Source: Candidatus Hadarchaeales archaeon (GTDB taxonomy: Archaea > Hadarchaeota > Hadarchaeia > Hadarchaeales > Hadarchaeaceae). Taken from it: a DNA stretch of 64,000 nucleotides. Below are positions 10,518 to 19,598 of the stretch, in pieces. Every line of letters begins with the position of its first letter. The stretch's first letter is position 1. Position numbers and translations under genes: made by a program. The stretch lies in the NCBI GenBank assembly GCA_038851075.1, contig JAWCLG010000002.1, forward strand, positions 32,001-96,000. Reading direction: 5' to 3'. The notes under the pieces are model-generated. The model saw only the letters and a program-made list of their open reading frames with translations. It was not told where the DNA came from and did not search any database.

Positions 10518-10688
10518 ATGGGGAGAGTGACCGGAGCCTGCAGCATATGCGGCAAGATAAGCACCGATGTGTACCGATGCAGCATCTGCGGGGGAGTGGT
10601 ATGCTCCGGCTGCTTCATGAAAGACGTGAACGTCTGCAAGAAATGCGTTAGAAAGGGTCTCTGGGTTGAAAGACAGGGCGCCGAGTGA
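10518..10688 (+). CDS. Small zinc-finger protein with four CxxC (not in ORF track)
   Basis: MGRVTGACSICGKISTDVYRCSICGGVVCSGCFMKDVNVCKKCVRKGLWVERQGAE*; GGTGA SD-like motif; TGATG coupling to next gene. Confidence 0.75.
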   Translation: MGRVTGACSICGKISTDVYRCSICGGVVCSGCFMKDVNVCKKCVRKGLWVERQGAE

Positions 10689-11092
10689 TGGATTTGCTTG
10701 AAGAGGGCGCGGCAGAAGAACTGGAAAAGGTAATCTCCGAACTTAAGGAAATGGCTTCCCGCGGAATATCGATAATAGTGGAGGGCGAGGAGGACGTGAA
10801 AGCCTTGGCAGAAATCAACATAACCGGTGATGTCAGGAAGATATCCGGGCATGGATCTCTGCTGAACTTCATTGAATGCTTTTCCGGGCATGAGGAGGTG
10901 ATTATCCTCGCCGACTTTGACCGCGCCGGAGAAGAACTCGCCCGTTTCTGCGAAAAACATCTCAAAAGCATTGGGGTCAGACCAAACACAGAAATAAGGA
11001 AAAAGCTGAAGGGGCTGCTTACCCGGGAAGCGAGAGACATACCCGGAGTCGTGAGGACTGTCAGGTCCTGCGGGATCTCCTGTATGAAATAA
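10688..11092 (+). CDS. Small stand-alone TOPRIM-domain protein (RNase M5-like)
   Basis: IIVEGEED and IILADFDRAGEEL TOPRIM motifs. Confidence 0.85.
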   Translation: MDLLEEGAAEELEKVISELKEMASRGISIIVEGEEDVKALAEINITGDVRKISGHGSLLNFIECFSGHEEVIILADFDRAGEELARFCEKHLKSIGVRPNTEIRKKLKGLLTREARDIPGVVRTVRSCGISCMK

Positions 11093-11669
11093 ACTTAGAA
11101 ACCAGGTCAGGTTTGAAACCTATTTTCTCCAGTTTCTTTTTTATTTCCGTCTCCTTCATGCCCTCTCCCATGAACCTGGCGTATAACTTCTCCATGGTCT
11201 CAAATCTCTCATGAGGGAAACAAACCCACGCATCGGTGTTTCGCACGTTGAAATCTGGCTTTATAATCGACCATGGCTTCTGATAAAGCGTGCAAACCCT
11301 GACCTCGGAAGCTCCCATTTTCACGAGATGCTCCTTCACCATCCTCAGGCTGTTTCCGGAGTCCGCTATGTCATCCACAAGAAGCACCCTTCTGCCTTTA
11401 ACATCAACAGAGAGCGGCTGTGTTATCTCGGGCTTATCTCTAGTACTGTATATGCCGTGATAGTACTCGACTCTTATAGTCGCGAGATTATGATTGCCGA
11501 GGATATCTGAAAGAACTCGGCCTGGTATCCATCCGCCTCTGGAAACCGCTATAATGATCTCGGGATTGTAACCGCTGCGGATCACTTGGTCGGCGACCTC
11601 AATGCAAAGATTGTATATCAGATCCCAGCTCGGAACTTCATACTTGTCAGGCTTTTTATCCTCGCTCAC
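11061..11669 (-). CDS. Type I phosphoribosyltransferase (purine PRT-like)
   Basis: AVSRGG.IPGR.LSD, VLLVDDIADSGNSL PRPP-binding motif. Confidence 0.9.
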   Translation of the reverse strand: MSEDKKPDKYEVPSWDLIYNLCIEVADQVIRSGYNPEIIIAVSRGGWIPGRVLSDILGNHNLATIRVEYYHGIYSTRDKPEITQPLSVDVKGRRVLLVDDIADSGNSLRMVKEHLVKMGASEVRVCTLYQKPWSIIKPDFNVRNTDAWVCFPHERFETMEKLYARFMGEGMKETEIKKKLEKIGFKPDLVSKFISYRRSRRT

Positions 11670-11746
11670 GGTCCATACTCCTCAGGATTGACTAAAAAAC
11701 GTTCCTCCGAACATTTTATTTTAACCGCCGGTAGAGATGGAGCGGG

Positions 11747-12181
11747 ATGAAGTTGGAGTGGCTATCTTTCTTAGTCTCTCTAGTGCCATTCGTGGAACTC
11801 CGAGGCGCATTTTTCATGGCAGCGGTCTTCTATCCGCTGGAGGTGGCGCTCGTAGGATGCGTTGTGCTGAACATCTTAGTTGTACCGATTGCTTTCCTCA
11901 TCATCGACTTCATACTGCCGAGGCTCGCATCCAGATACAAGACCATCGACGGGTTTTTCAGATGGGCCAGGAGAAGAGCCGAAAATCACGGCAATCTCAC
12001 TTTTAGCATGCTGCTGCTTTTTGTCGCGGTTCCGATCCCCGGATCAGGGGCATACACAGGATCGCTGATAGCATGCGTCACCGGCATGAAAAGGTCCAGA
12101 GCATTTATTGCTATTTCGCTGGGAGTGTTATTTGCAGGCCTGATACTGTACTCGATCGTCAAAATGACCTATGCGTCGTGA
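11747..12181 (+). CDS. COG2426 'small multi-drug export' membrane protein
   Basis: P..ELRGA and FVAVPIPGSGAYTG motifs. Confidence 0.85.
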   Translation: MKLEWLSFLVSLVPFVELRGAFFMAAVFYPLEVALVGCVVLNILVVPIAFLIIDFILPRLASRYKTIDGFFRWARRRAENHGNLTFSMLLLFVAVPIPGSGAYTGSLIACVTGMKRSRAFIAISLGVLFAGLILYSIVKMTYAS

Positions 12182-12382
12182 ACGATGGATAACATATTTG
12201 TTTTTAATATAACAAATAAGGAGCACCTTTTTATCTTATGAATTTTCTATTACAGTAATGGTCATCAACTCAAGCCAGAATCACGATCAAACTTATTCTG
12301 GCTGGAAGGGCGTCAGCCCGTGGAAGAAAAAAATCTGAGAGAGCTGGTAGCCGAAAAAATTAACAAAAAGGAGGGTTCGGCT

Positions 12383-13540
12383 GTGCGAGATGATAGCGGT
12401 ACTGTAAAGTACGTGATACACGCGAAGATAGAGGCAAGCGGTGTTGTTGAGAGGCCTGATGTGGTCGGAGCCATATTTGGACAAACTGAGGGGTTGCTCG
12501 GGGAGGATCTGGACCTCAGAGAGCTGCTTAAAACCGGAAGGATAGGCAGGATAAACGTTAACATAAACTCCGTCCAAGGAAAGTCCACCGGAACGATAAG
12601 CATACCATCAAGTCTTGACAGGATAGAAACCGCGATAATAGGTGCGGCGCTGGAAACAATAGAAAGAGTCGGCCCGTGCGAGGCCAAAATAACCGTTGAA
12701 AAAATAGAGGACGTCAGGGGTGTCAAGCGAAAGTTCGTCATAGACCGTGCGAAGAAGCTGTTGGAACAGTTCGGAGAAACCGCAACCGAATCTCAGGAGC
12801 TGACTGAAAGAGTTAAGGACTCGATAAGGGTCGAAGAGATATCTGAATATAAAGGTTTGCCGGCTGGGCCTGGGGTTCAGGATTCCGATGCTATAGTGAT
12901 AGTTGAGGGCAGGGCAGATGTCCTCAACCTGCTCAGGGCAGGGATAAGAAACTCCATAGCGGTGGAGGGGACCAATATACCTGAAGCGGTGGTGGAACTC
13001 TGCAAGGGTAAGACCGTGACGGCATTCTTCGATCACGACAGAGGTGGAGAGCTTATAATGAAAGAGTTGCTTCAGAGGGCTGACATCGATTTCGTGGCAA
13101 AGCCTCCGCCCGGAAGAAGCGTTGAAGACCTCACGCGAAAGGAGATAATAAAGGCGCTGAGGGAAAAGGTACCAGTGGAGCAGGCAATTCTCGAGCAGAG
13201 GATAAAGTTCGAACCGGAATCGAGGAAAGAGCATGGAAACCACATCACCGATATTCTGGAGAGGATCTTAGAGTCCCTGAAAGGAACCCTCAAAGCGGTG
13301 CTGCTTAATGGCCGTCTTGAACCGGTATCCGAGGTTCCCGTGAGCGGGCTCAGGGATGCGATCACCAACGGCGAGGATATCATGGCGGTTGTCCTTGACG
13401 GAGTAATCACGCAGGAACTTTCAGAGCTAGCTGCATCAAAGAACGTGAAGTACATAGTCGGGGTACGGTCAAGAGTTACTGCACCCCCAAAGGACATCAA
13501 GGTTCTTACACTTGATGATATCAGGTTCAGAAGACCGTGA
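12383..13540 (+). CDS. dnaG: Archaeal DnaG (TOPRIM, exosome-associated)
   Basis: [33 protein letters not shown]; likely start GTG 12383 after GGAGGG (ORF open from 12320). Confidence 0.95.
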   Translation: MRDDSGTVKYVIHAKIEASGVVERPDVVGAIFGQTEGLLGEDLDLRELLKTGRIGRINVNINSVQGKSTGTISIPSSLDRIETAIIGAALETIERVGPCEAKITVEKIEDVRGVKRKFVIDRAKKLLEQFGETATESQELTERVKDSIRVEEISEYKGLPAGPGVQDSDAIVIVEGRADVLNLLRAGIRNSIAVEGTNIPEAVVELCKGKTVTAFFDHDRGGELIMKELLQRADIDFVAKPPPGRSVEDLTRKEIIKALREKVPVEQAILEQRIKFEPESRKEHGNHITDILERILESLKGTLKAVLLNGRLEPVSEVPVSGLRDAITNGEDIMAVVLDGVITQELSELAASKNVKYIVGVRSRVTAPPKDIKVLTLDDIRFRRP

Positions 13541-13996
13541 TTATTTTCTAAACCTGATCTCCATGGCAATTGCCGTTTCACCGTCTTCGTAGTAGTACGG
13601 TAGCTCCTCCATTTTCCTGAATCCGAGTCCCTGGTAAAACCTCTGGGCCCGGATATTGCTTTTCCTGACCTCCAGTCTTATCACATTTGACCCCTTTAAC
13701 ACGAGCTTCTCCATGACCTTCTGCATCAGGGCGCTCCCGATACCGCGGCACCGATAATCTGGATCAACTCCTATCGCCAGTATGTGGCCGGTGGCCCCCC
13801 ATCTCAACGCTCCGATAACATAACCAACCACCTTTCCGCATACCTCCGCTACATAAAAGGTATCTGGATGCAGAAGCATGAGCCTGTGCAACAGCGAAAT
13901 GGGGTATGGATCCGGGAAGCATCTATACTCTATCTCCAGCACAACCGGCAGGTCCATCTCTGTTACTTCCCTCAGTGAGAACCTTCCGTCCTCCAT
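13541..13996 (-). CDS. rimI: RimI/Ard1-like N-terminal acetyltransferase (GNAT)
   Basis: GHILAIGV.P.YR.RGIGS.L, LEVRKSN..AQ.FY..LGF, YYEDGE.A. Confidence 0.88.
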   Translation of the reverse strand: MEDGRFSLREVTEMDLPVVLEIEYRCFPDPYPISLLHRLMLLHPDTFYVAEVCGKVVGYVIGALRWGATGHILAIGVDPDYRCRGIGSALMQKVMEKLVLKGSNVIRLEVRKSNIRAQRFYQGLGFRKMEELPYYYEDGETAIAMEIRFRK

Positions 13997-14048
13997 GGAA
14001 TTCCCCAAAATATATTTTACGGACATGATAAAATCAGTGAGTGATGAC

Positions 14049-14435
14049 ATGGTAACACCCAAAAAAAGGGGCACAAGATTCGAATACAGGGTCGCCTACC
14101 TATTTGAAAAATACGGTTATTCTTGGGACAGGTCAAGAAGCTCCATGGGAATAGATCTCAAGATCACAAGAAACGGCAAGCTCCGTTATCTAATCAGCTG
14201 CAAAAAGACTTCAAAAAACGGCCCGATATACATCCCGCTCGAAGAAGTTTCAAGACTTGAAAAATATTCCAGAGAAACACGGGCTGATGGGATGATATGC
14301 TTCGGCTTTAACAGAACAGCCATCTTTTTTCTGAAACTTAAAGACGTCGCGCTGCTCGAGAAAACGCGCCAGTACTACAAAATAAATCGCGGCGATGGAC
14401 ATATTCTCGAAAACATGCTAAAGAAGATCAGATAA
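14049..14435 (+). CDS. Hjc/Hje-like PD-(D/E)XK nuclease (Holliday junction resolvase-like)
   Basis: KKRG.RFE..V...F...GY...RS..S...DL N-terminus as in Hjc; ExK appears as SCK. Confidence 0.65.
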   Translation: MVTPKKRGTRFEYRVAYLFEKYGYSWDRSRSSMGIDLKITRNGKLRYLISCKKTSKNGPIYIPLEEVSRLEKYSRETRADGMICFGFNRTAIFFLKLKDVALLEKTRQYYKINRGDGHILENMLKKIR

Positions 14436-14467
14436 TTTGTATCGTTGTCTGATTATCCCGCTAACTT

Positions 14468-16108
14468 TCAGGTCGATTGTCTTTGGGGAATCCTATTTCT
14501 TGGCAGATTGAGGCCCAGAAAATTCATCACCGGTCTAACGCTTTTGGTTCCATACCTCCACCTCAGGTATGCCCAGTAGAAGAAGAATCCTGCGGCTTTT
14601 ATTATCCGTTCGTTTTCTCTCTTCCATATTTTTATATTCCTATCCCACGCGGTTGCTATGATCTCCCACTGAAGCTCAGTCGTGTTTTCAAACCCGACGC
14701 ATTTTTCCTTTTCCCAGTAAGTGCCCTTTATCGGGATGAAGATGACCGGAACGTAGAACAGCTTCTTGTCCTTTATCCTATCAAAAAGCTCGAGAGTTGC
14801 AATCGTATCCTCCTCCGTCTCATCCGGAGACCCAACCAAAAATGTGCAGAGCGGGTACCAGCAGTTATCGTTCAGTATCCCCAGCCCGGTGTCTACTATT
14901 TCATGCCATCTGTCAACCGTGAACGGAAGGGCTTTCCCACGCATACCTTTCTCCATGAGTCTGACGCTGCCGGTTTCTATTCCTATCTCCGCGGTGGTGT
15001 ATGTCTTTCCGTTAAGGCGGCGTTTTGATTTTTCCAGCAATATCGGGCTGAGCTCCTCGATCATCTTGGGGTCTGCTACTACCGGCGCGATTGCCGCATG
15101 CGACAGATGAATTTCCTCAACGCCTGGGTATCCGGCTATCCTCGAAAAAAGTTCAATGACCTTTTCCCTGTTAGGAACGAAATTTGGGCCGACCTCGTAG
15201 AGAAAGATATCGTCCGAAATAACGAATATTGATTTTGATCCTCCCTTTACGTTTACCTCAACCTCCTTCATTATGAAATCGATTGGGAAAGAGTAACGCT
15301 TCTTCGTTGTAGGGTAGCAGAACTGGCATCCTCTCCCGCACCCCCTCGTTATCTCAATACAGCCATAACTCGCAGGCCTGATTATCGGAGGAATGTTGTC
15401 ACGCTCTGGATCGACTTTTTCCATAGTTATGTCTCTCGGAACATCTTTACCTTCGAGTATGTCACGCACTAAGCTGCCCAAACCGCGTTCCACGTCCCCG
15501 TGGACAAGCACGTCTATGCCAAACGCATCCTGCATTTTGACCTCCTTTATCTGCCATGCGCCCGGGCCTCCCACGACAAGCTTTGTTTTTGTCCTGTCCC
15601 TTTCACGTATCACGGGGTGCTCCATCAGCTGTTTAAAGTAAAAATAGTTAACAGAATCACCGCCGAACCCAAGAAGCTCATTGTAGGTCCTGCTCACATA
15701 TGCGAACCCCATGGGGTCATGGCTCGAAACGCCTATCATTTTCGTATTCTTCCCAACAAATTTGCTTAGGGTATTCGGATGTGCGACAGCAACACTTTCC
15801 TCGCCAAATTCTCTCGCCAGAATCGCCTCAATCCTGCGCAAACCATAAGAAACGAATTTTGGTCTTCCCTGATCATCAAGCTTTGGTTCGAAGTATCTGA
15901 CAAGAAAACGGCGAACGAGCCTGTGCGGGAAAGTAGACATAAATGCCACGAACGGGTCTCCGCCAAAATCGCTCATTGTAGGCAGATCAGATGTTAAAAC
16001 TATCGGATAACCGTTGGTCCCCTCCTCGGATCCGGAACTGCCCTCCCCGGCTCGCGTTCCCCCAGAAAACACTCTCGAAAGCATTTTTACCTCCAGACCT
16101 TTATCCAT
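14468..16108 (-). CDS. Archaeal radical SAM protein with B12-binding-like N-domain (Grs/Gms-like candidate)
   Basis: IVLTSD..MSD, YGLRRIEA, EITRGCGRGCQFC, GIETGS motifs; sub-family assignment from memory only. Confidence 0.7.
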   Translation of the reverse strand: MDKGLEVKMLSRVFSGGTRAGEGSSGSEEGTNGYPIVLTSDLPTMSDFGGDPFVAFMSTFPHRLVRRFLVRYFEPKLDDQGRPKFVSYGLRRIEAILAREFGEESVAVAHPNTLSKFVGKNTKMIGVSSHDPMGFAYVSRTYNELLGFGGDSVNYFYFKQLMEHPVIRERDRTKTKLVVGGPGAWQIKEVKMQDAFGIDVLVHGDVERGLGSLVRDILEGKDVPRDITMEKVDPERDNIPPIIRPASYGCIEITRGCGRGCQFCYPTTKKRYSFPIDFIMKEVEVNVKGGSKSIFVISDDIFLYEVGPNFVPNREKVIELFSRIAGYPGVEEIHLSHAAIAPVVADPKMIEELSPILLEKSKRRLNGKTYTTAEIGIETGSVRLMEKGMRGKALPFTVDRWHEIVDTGLGILNDNCWYPLCTFLVGSPDETEEDTIATLELFDRIKDKKLFYVPVIFIPIKGTYWEKEKCVGFENTTELQWEIIATAWDRNIKIWKRENERIIKAAGFFFYWAYLRWRYGTKSVRPVMNFLGLNLPRNRIPQRQST

Positions 16109-16304
16109 TTCATCTATCTGAAAAAATATATTCGCCCCTCATTTAATTTAAACTCGTGAGTTATTTGAACCAATCCCCCCCAGCAGATTTTTAATGGCGT
16201 CTCGCAAGAAATCTTACGCCTGATGTTTAAATCCAGGCGCTCCAGCGAACTCGAAAAGCTCAGATAAAGACTTAAATCGTCGGTTAAATTAGTTATTGGA
16301 TTAG

Positions 16305-16607
16305 ATGGCTAACATTCCACCCGAAGTCGCATGGTTGATCCCGATAGTCGTGCCGTTCATAATAGGGTTTCTCATCGGGGCGCTTGTAAAAAAAGCATTC
16401 AAAATGATACTCATCCTCGCGGCACTTGTGGTCGTGCTGGTTGTGACAGGTGCTATCGGACTGACGTTCTCAGACATTATTGAAAAGGCGACCCAAGTGC
16501 TGCCAAAAATAGCAGGAGAGGGTGCCGGACTTATCAACATTATCCCGTACACATCTATCACATTCATCGTTGGGCTCATACTGGCTCTCTGGAAGATAAA
16601 GTCGTGA
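16305..16607 (+). CDS. Small membrane protein (FUN14-like)
   Basis: FIIGFLIGALVKKA.K hydrophobic pattern, three TM segments. Confidence 0.6.
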   Translation: MANIPPEVAWLIPIVVPFIIGFLIGALVKKAFKMILILAALVVVLVVTGAIGLTFSDIIEKATQVLPKIAGEGAGLINIIPYTSITFIVGLILALWKIKS

Positions 16608-16641
16608 CCAAGTTTAATTTTTATAAATCCCAGTATAGTCG

Positions 16642-17424
16642 ATGATAACTCCTGTAAAAGGCTCACCGGCCGCGATTCTGAGGGTCGGAAAAGAGAGAAT
16701 TCTCGCGGTTGCTGATTTGCACCTTGGCATTGAAAGCTGGCTCTCGAGAGATGGCATTTCGATTCCAAGCCAATCCCCAAAAATCAGGGCACGGCTTCTT
16801 GAACTCATAGATGAGCGTTCCCCTGATAGACTCATTATAATTGGGGACCTGAAACACGGTATTCCTGTATCGAGCTGGCAGGAATGGAGAGAGCTACCGG
16901 AGCTTTTGGAGGAACTGAAAAAACACGTTAAAGTTGAGGTCGTCAAGGGAAACCACGACGGGGGAATAGAGGAGATGCTTCCAAGCGGCGTGATAATCCA
17001 CGATGCCCATGGAACCATTGTGGGAAAAAGAGTAGGTCTGATGCATGGACACACTTGGCCTTCTCCATCCATGCTGAAAACCTCTGTTATTCTGCTCGGG
17101 CACATCCATCCATCGGTAGAATTCAGAGATAAAATGGGCGGGCGCGCAACCGCTCCAGTTTGGTTAAGATGCACAATGAACCCAGAGAAGATGCCTAAAA
17201 AAATTGAAAAACATGCCGGGAAAAAACTGCCCAAGTTGATAGTTCTCCCGGCTTTCAGCGATCTTGTGGGATATGCCCCGGTGAACAGGGAAATGCCGGG
17301 CGAGCTGATAGGTCCACTTTTCAGGTCGGGAGTGGTCAACCTATCCGATGCTGAGGTCTACATGCTAGACGGCACATTTGTCGGAAAGGTCAACGATATG
17401 AAAAAGCGGAATCAATTCCGCTAG
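16642..17424 (+). CDS. Metallophosphoesterase (COG1407-like)
   Basis: ADLHLG, GDLKH, GNHD, HGH, GHIHP and PAFS motifs. Confidence 0.9.
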   Translation: MITPVKGSPAAILRVGKERILAVADLHLGIESWLSRDGISIPSQSPKIRARLLELIDERSPDRLIIIGDLKHGIPVSSWQEWRELPELLEELKKHVKVEVVKGNHDGGIEEMLPSGVIIHDAHGTIVGKRVGLMHGHTWPSPSMLKTSVILLGHIHPSVEFRDKMGGRATAPVWLRCTMNPEKMPKKIEKHAGKKLPKLIVLPAFSDLVGYAPVNREMPGELIGPLFRSGVVNLSDAEVYMLDGTFVGKVNDMKKRNQFR

Positions 17425-19517
17425 CACAGCACCTTTTCGATTGAAAATATTCTCGCGTGGATCTTTCCGTCCTGTCTTCGGAGCTCTGAAACACCTACGA
17501 ACTTTCTTCCCTTTCGAATAAGCATTCTCGGGCCATAGTAATCCTCGGCCGCGAGTTCGGCCCTGAGCCTGCTATCGACCACCAGAATCGCCCCTCCCGG
17601 GACAACCCTCTCCACCTCGAACTCGTGCACTTCGCCCACGTGAAGAGACCGGGCTGGAAAAATCATGTCTCCTCTTATATCAACCTGACACTCCTCCTTA
17701 AGTTTTGAAATAGCCGCTTCGAATGTGGATATATCATGTCCCTCTGAGGCCAGTTTCTCCCTGAGCGCTTCAGATGATATTCCTTCCCTTCCAGAGGCAA
17801 GAACCAAGTCAAGAACGCTCCTCGACATATTTCTCATTTCGACCTCATCCAAAGTTTCCGATTCTGAATCGAACTCAGAATCCTGGCCCAAATCCTGCAA
17901 ACATTTATCGGCATCCTCGAGAAGCTCTTTCGGCATTATTTTAGTCTCCAGAGCCGCTGTTCTAAGAATCGGTTTCAGGTCGGAGTTCAGGCTCTTTATC
18001 ACCCTCCGCATCTTTTCCGCCATCTTTCTGCTGGCATGAAGGTATGCAACGTCAACAGTGCCATCTGCGGCCAGAATGACGACCTTTCCAAATCTCCTCC
18101 TTCCGGTCCTGCCCTTTCTCTGTATGTACCTTATCTCGCTTGGAACGGGCTCGTAGAAAACCACAAGATCAACGCTCGGTATGTCAAGACCCTCCTCCCC
18201 TATGCTGGTCGCCACTAGGACGCTTATCTCTCCGCTCGAAAACCTCCTCAATATCTCTGCCTGCTCATCCTGAGAAAGCCCTATGTCGCCCTCTCTGGTT
18301 GCCTGACCGACGAATCTCTCTGCTCTTATCCCGGCCGCGGAGAGCCGTGAGACAAGATGGGCCGCTGTATCTCTATACTGAGTGAAAAGAATCACTCTGG
18401 ACATCGGACTTGATCTGAGCTGCTCCGAGATTATGCCACATGCCAGTTCAACCTTTGGATGCTCTCCCACCTCTCCTGACTCGAGAAACCCGTAAATTCC
18501 CTTCGATGCGAGCTCCGAAACGATACCGCTGTGCCCCCTCCTCCCGCTTTCCTTTATCCTTTTCAGGAAAGCGTACAGCGCATTCGCCCCTTGGCTTTCA
18601 AGGAGCTCCAGGGCGTGATATAACGACAGGGCGGACGAAAGAACCGAAATCGCGCCGAAGAGCGGGCCTCTTCTGTTTGGTGGAACCGTATGCAGCATTT
18701 TTCTAAGTTTATCAGACGTTTCTATCAGGTCAGTCCTGAATATGTACTTGGGCGGTTTTTTTATGACTCCCATGGCAGAAAGCTTTCCCAGCCTGGCATC
18801 GAGGCTTTCCCTTACTTTTCTGGAAATCTCCTGGTACTCAGGCGGCAGTGGGACTGTAATCCACTGAACAGAAACCCTGCTGATGTACGGTGCGACATCA
18901 GGATCCTCCTCAGTCCTTGCCTCTATGTGCTCGATGAAGAGGGCGTCGCATATCTCCTTTATTTTGTCCCTATCGGCGCCAGGGCTGGCCGTAAGCCCCA
19001 TTATGATCGGATGAGGAGACTCGTTTACGTACGCCTTAGCAACCTTCGTGTAAGAGTAATTTTTTCTCGCCCGGTGACACTCGTCGAATATCATGAGGCT
19101 GAATATGTCTAGCCTTAACCCTGAATCGTGGTCGTTCTCAATCACCTGCGGCGTCGCTATGAAAACTCTCGCATTTCCCTTCCACGCTTTAAAACGCGTC
19201 TGAGGTGACTGCTTTCCGGTCAACAGCTTTACGTCCTCGGGCCTGATCCTCAGAAGTCTGATGAACGTATTTCTGTGCTGGACTGCTAGAGGCCTAGTCG
19301 GTGCCATTATCAGCACCTTCATGTGGCTGTGGTTGTAGAGAAAGTGGGATGCCACCAAGGCTGCTATGACCGTCTTGCCGAGAGCGGTCGGCAGGACCAC
19401 CAGAGTGTTTTCCTTTACGGCCCTTTTCGCTATGTTTAACTGATACTCTCTCAGCTCGATCTCACTTGCCCTGACAAGTGGATTGATAAACTCAGTGGTT
19501 TTTGATTGATCCTCCAT
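17421..19517 (-). CDS. Hef/FANCM-family SF2 helicase without recognisable ERCC4 nuclease domain
   Basis: REYQ, LPTALGKT, DECHRA, LTASPG, EEGLDIP, QRKGRTGR; no ERKxxxD motif in the C-terminus. Confidence 0.88.
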   Translation of the reverse strand: MEDQSKTTEFINPLVRASEIELREYQLNIAKRAVKENTLVVLPTALGKTVIAALVASHFLYNHSHMKVLIMAPTRPLAVQHRNTFIRLLRIRPEDVKLLTGKQSPQTRFKAWKGNARVFIATPQVIENDHDSGLRLDIFSLMIFDECHRARKNYSYTKVAKAYVNESPHPIIMGLTASPGADRDKIKEICDALFIEHIEARTEEDPDVAPYISRVSVQWITVPLPPEYQEISRKVRESLDARLGKLSAMGVIKKPPKYIFRTDLIETSDKLRKMLHTVPPNRRGPLFGAISVLSSALSLYHALELLESQGANALYAFLKRIKESGRRGHSGIVSELASKGIYGFLESGEVGEHPKVELACGIISEQLRSSPMSRVILFTQYRDTAAHLVSRLSAAGIRAERFVGQATREGDIGLSQDEQAEILRRFSSGEISVLVATSIGEEGLDIPSVDLVVFYEPVPSEIRYIQRKGRTGRRRFGKVVILAADGTVDVAYLHASRKMAEKMRRVIKSLNSDLKPILRTAALETKIMPKELLEDADKCLQDLGQDSEFDSESETLDEVEMRNMSRSVLDLVLASGREGISSEALREKLASEGHDISTFEAAISKLKEECQVDIRGDMIFPARSLHVGEVHEFEVERVVPGGAILVVDSRLRAELAAEDYYGPRMLIRKGRKFVGVSELRRQDGKIHARIFSIEKVLC

Positions 19518-19598
19518 ACGCTCACCTTTAAACTCAAATGACTTAGTTATAACCTCTGGGGCGCTTATATCCTACAGAAAAAATGTGTCTTTGATGCT

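Noticed and set aside
10277-11040. Long minus-strand ORFs (227 aa and 130 aa) and many similar antisense ORFs across the window
   Set aside because: Shadows of well-supported genes on the opposite strand, with no motifs
16217-16240. Hairpin CGCCTG...CAGGCG in a divergent intergenic region
   Set aside because: Single short stem; could be an operator but there is no further support
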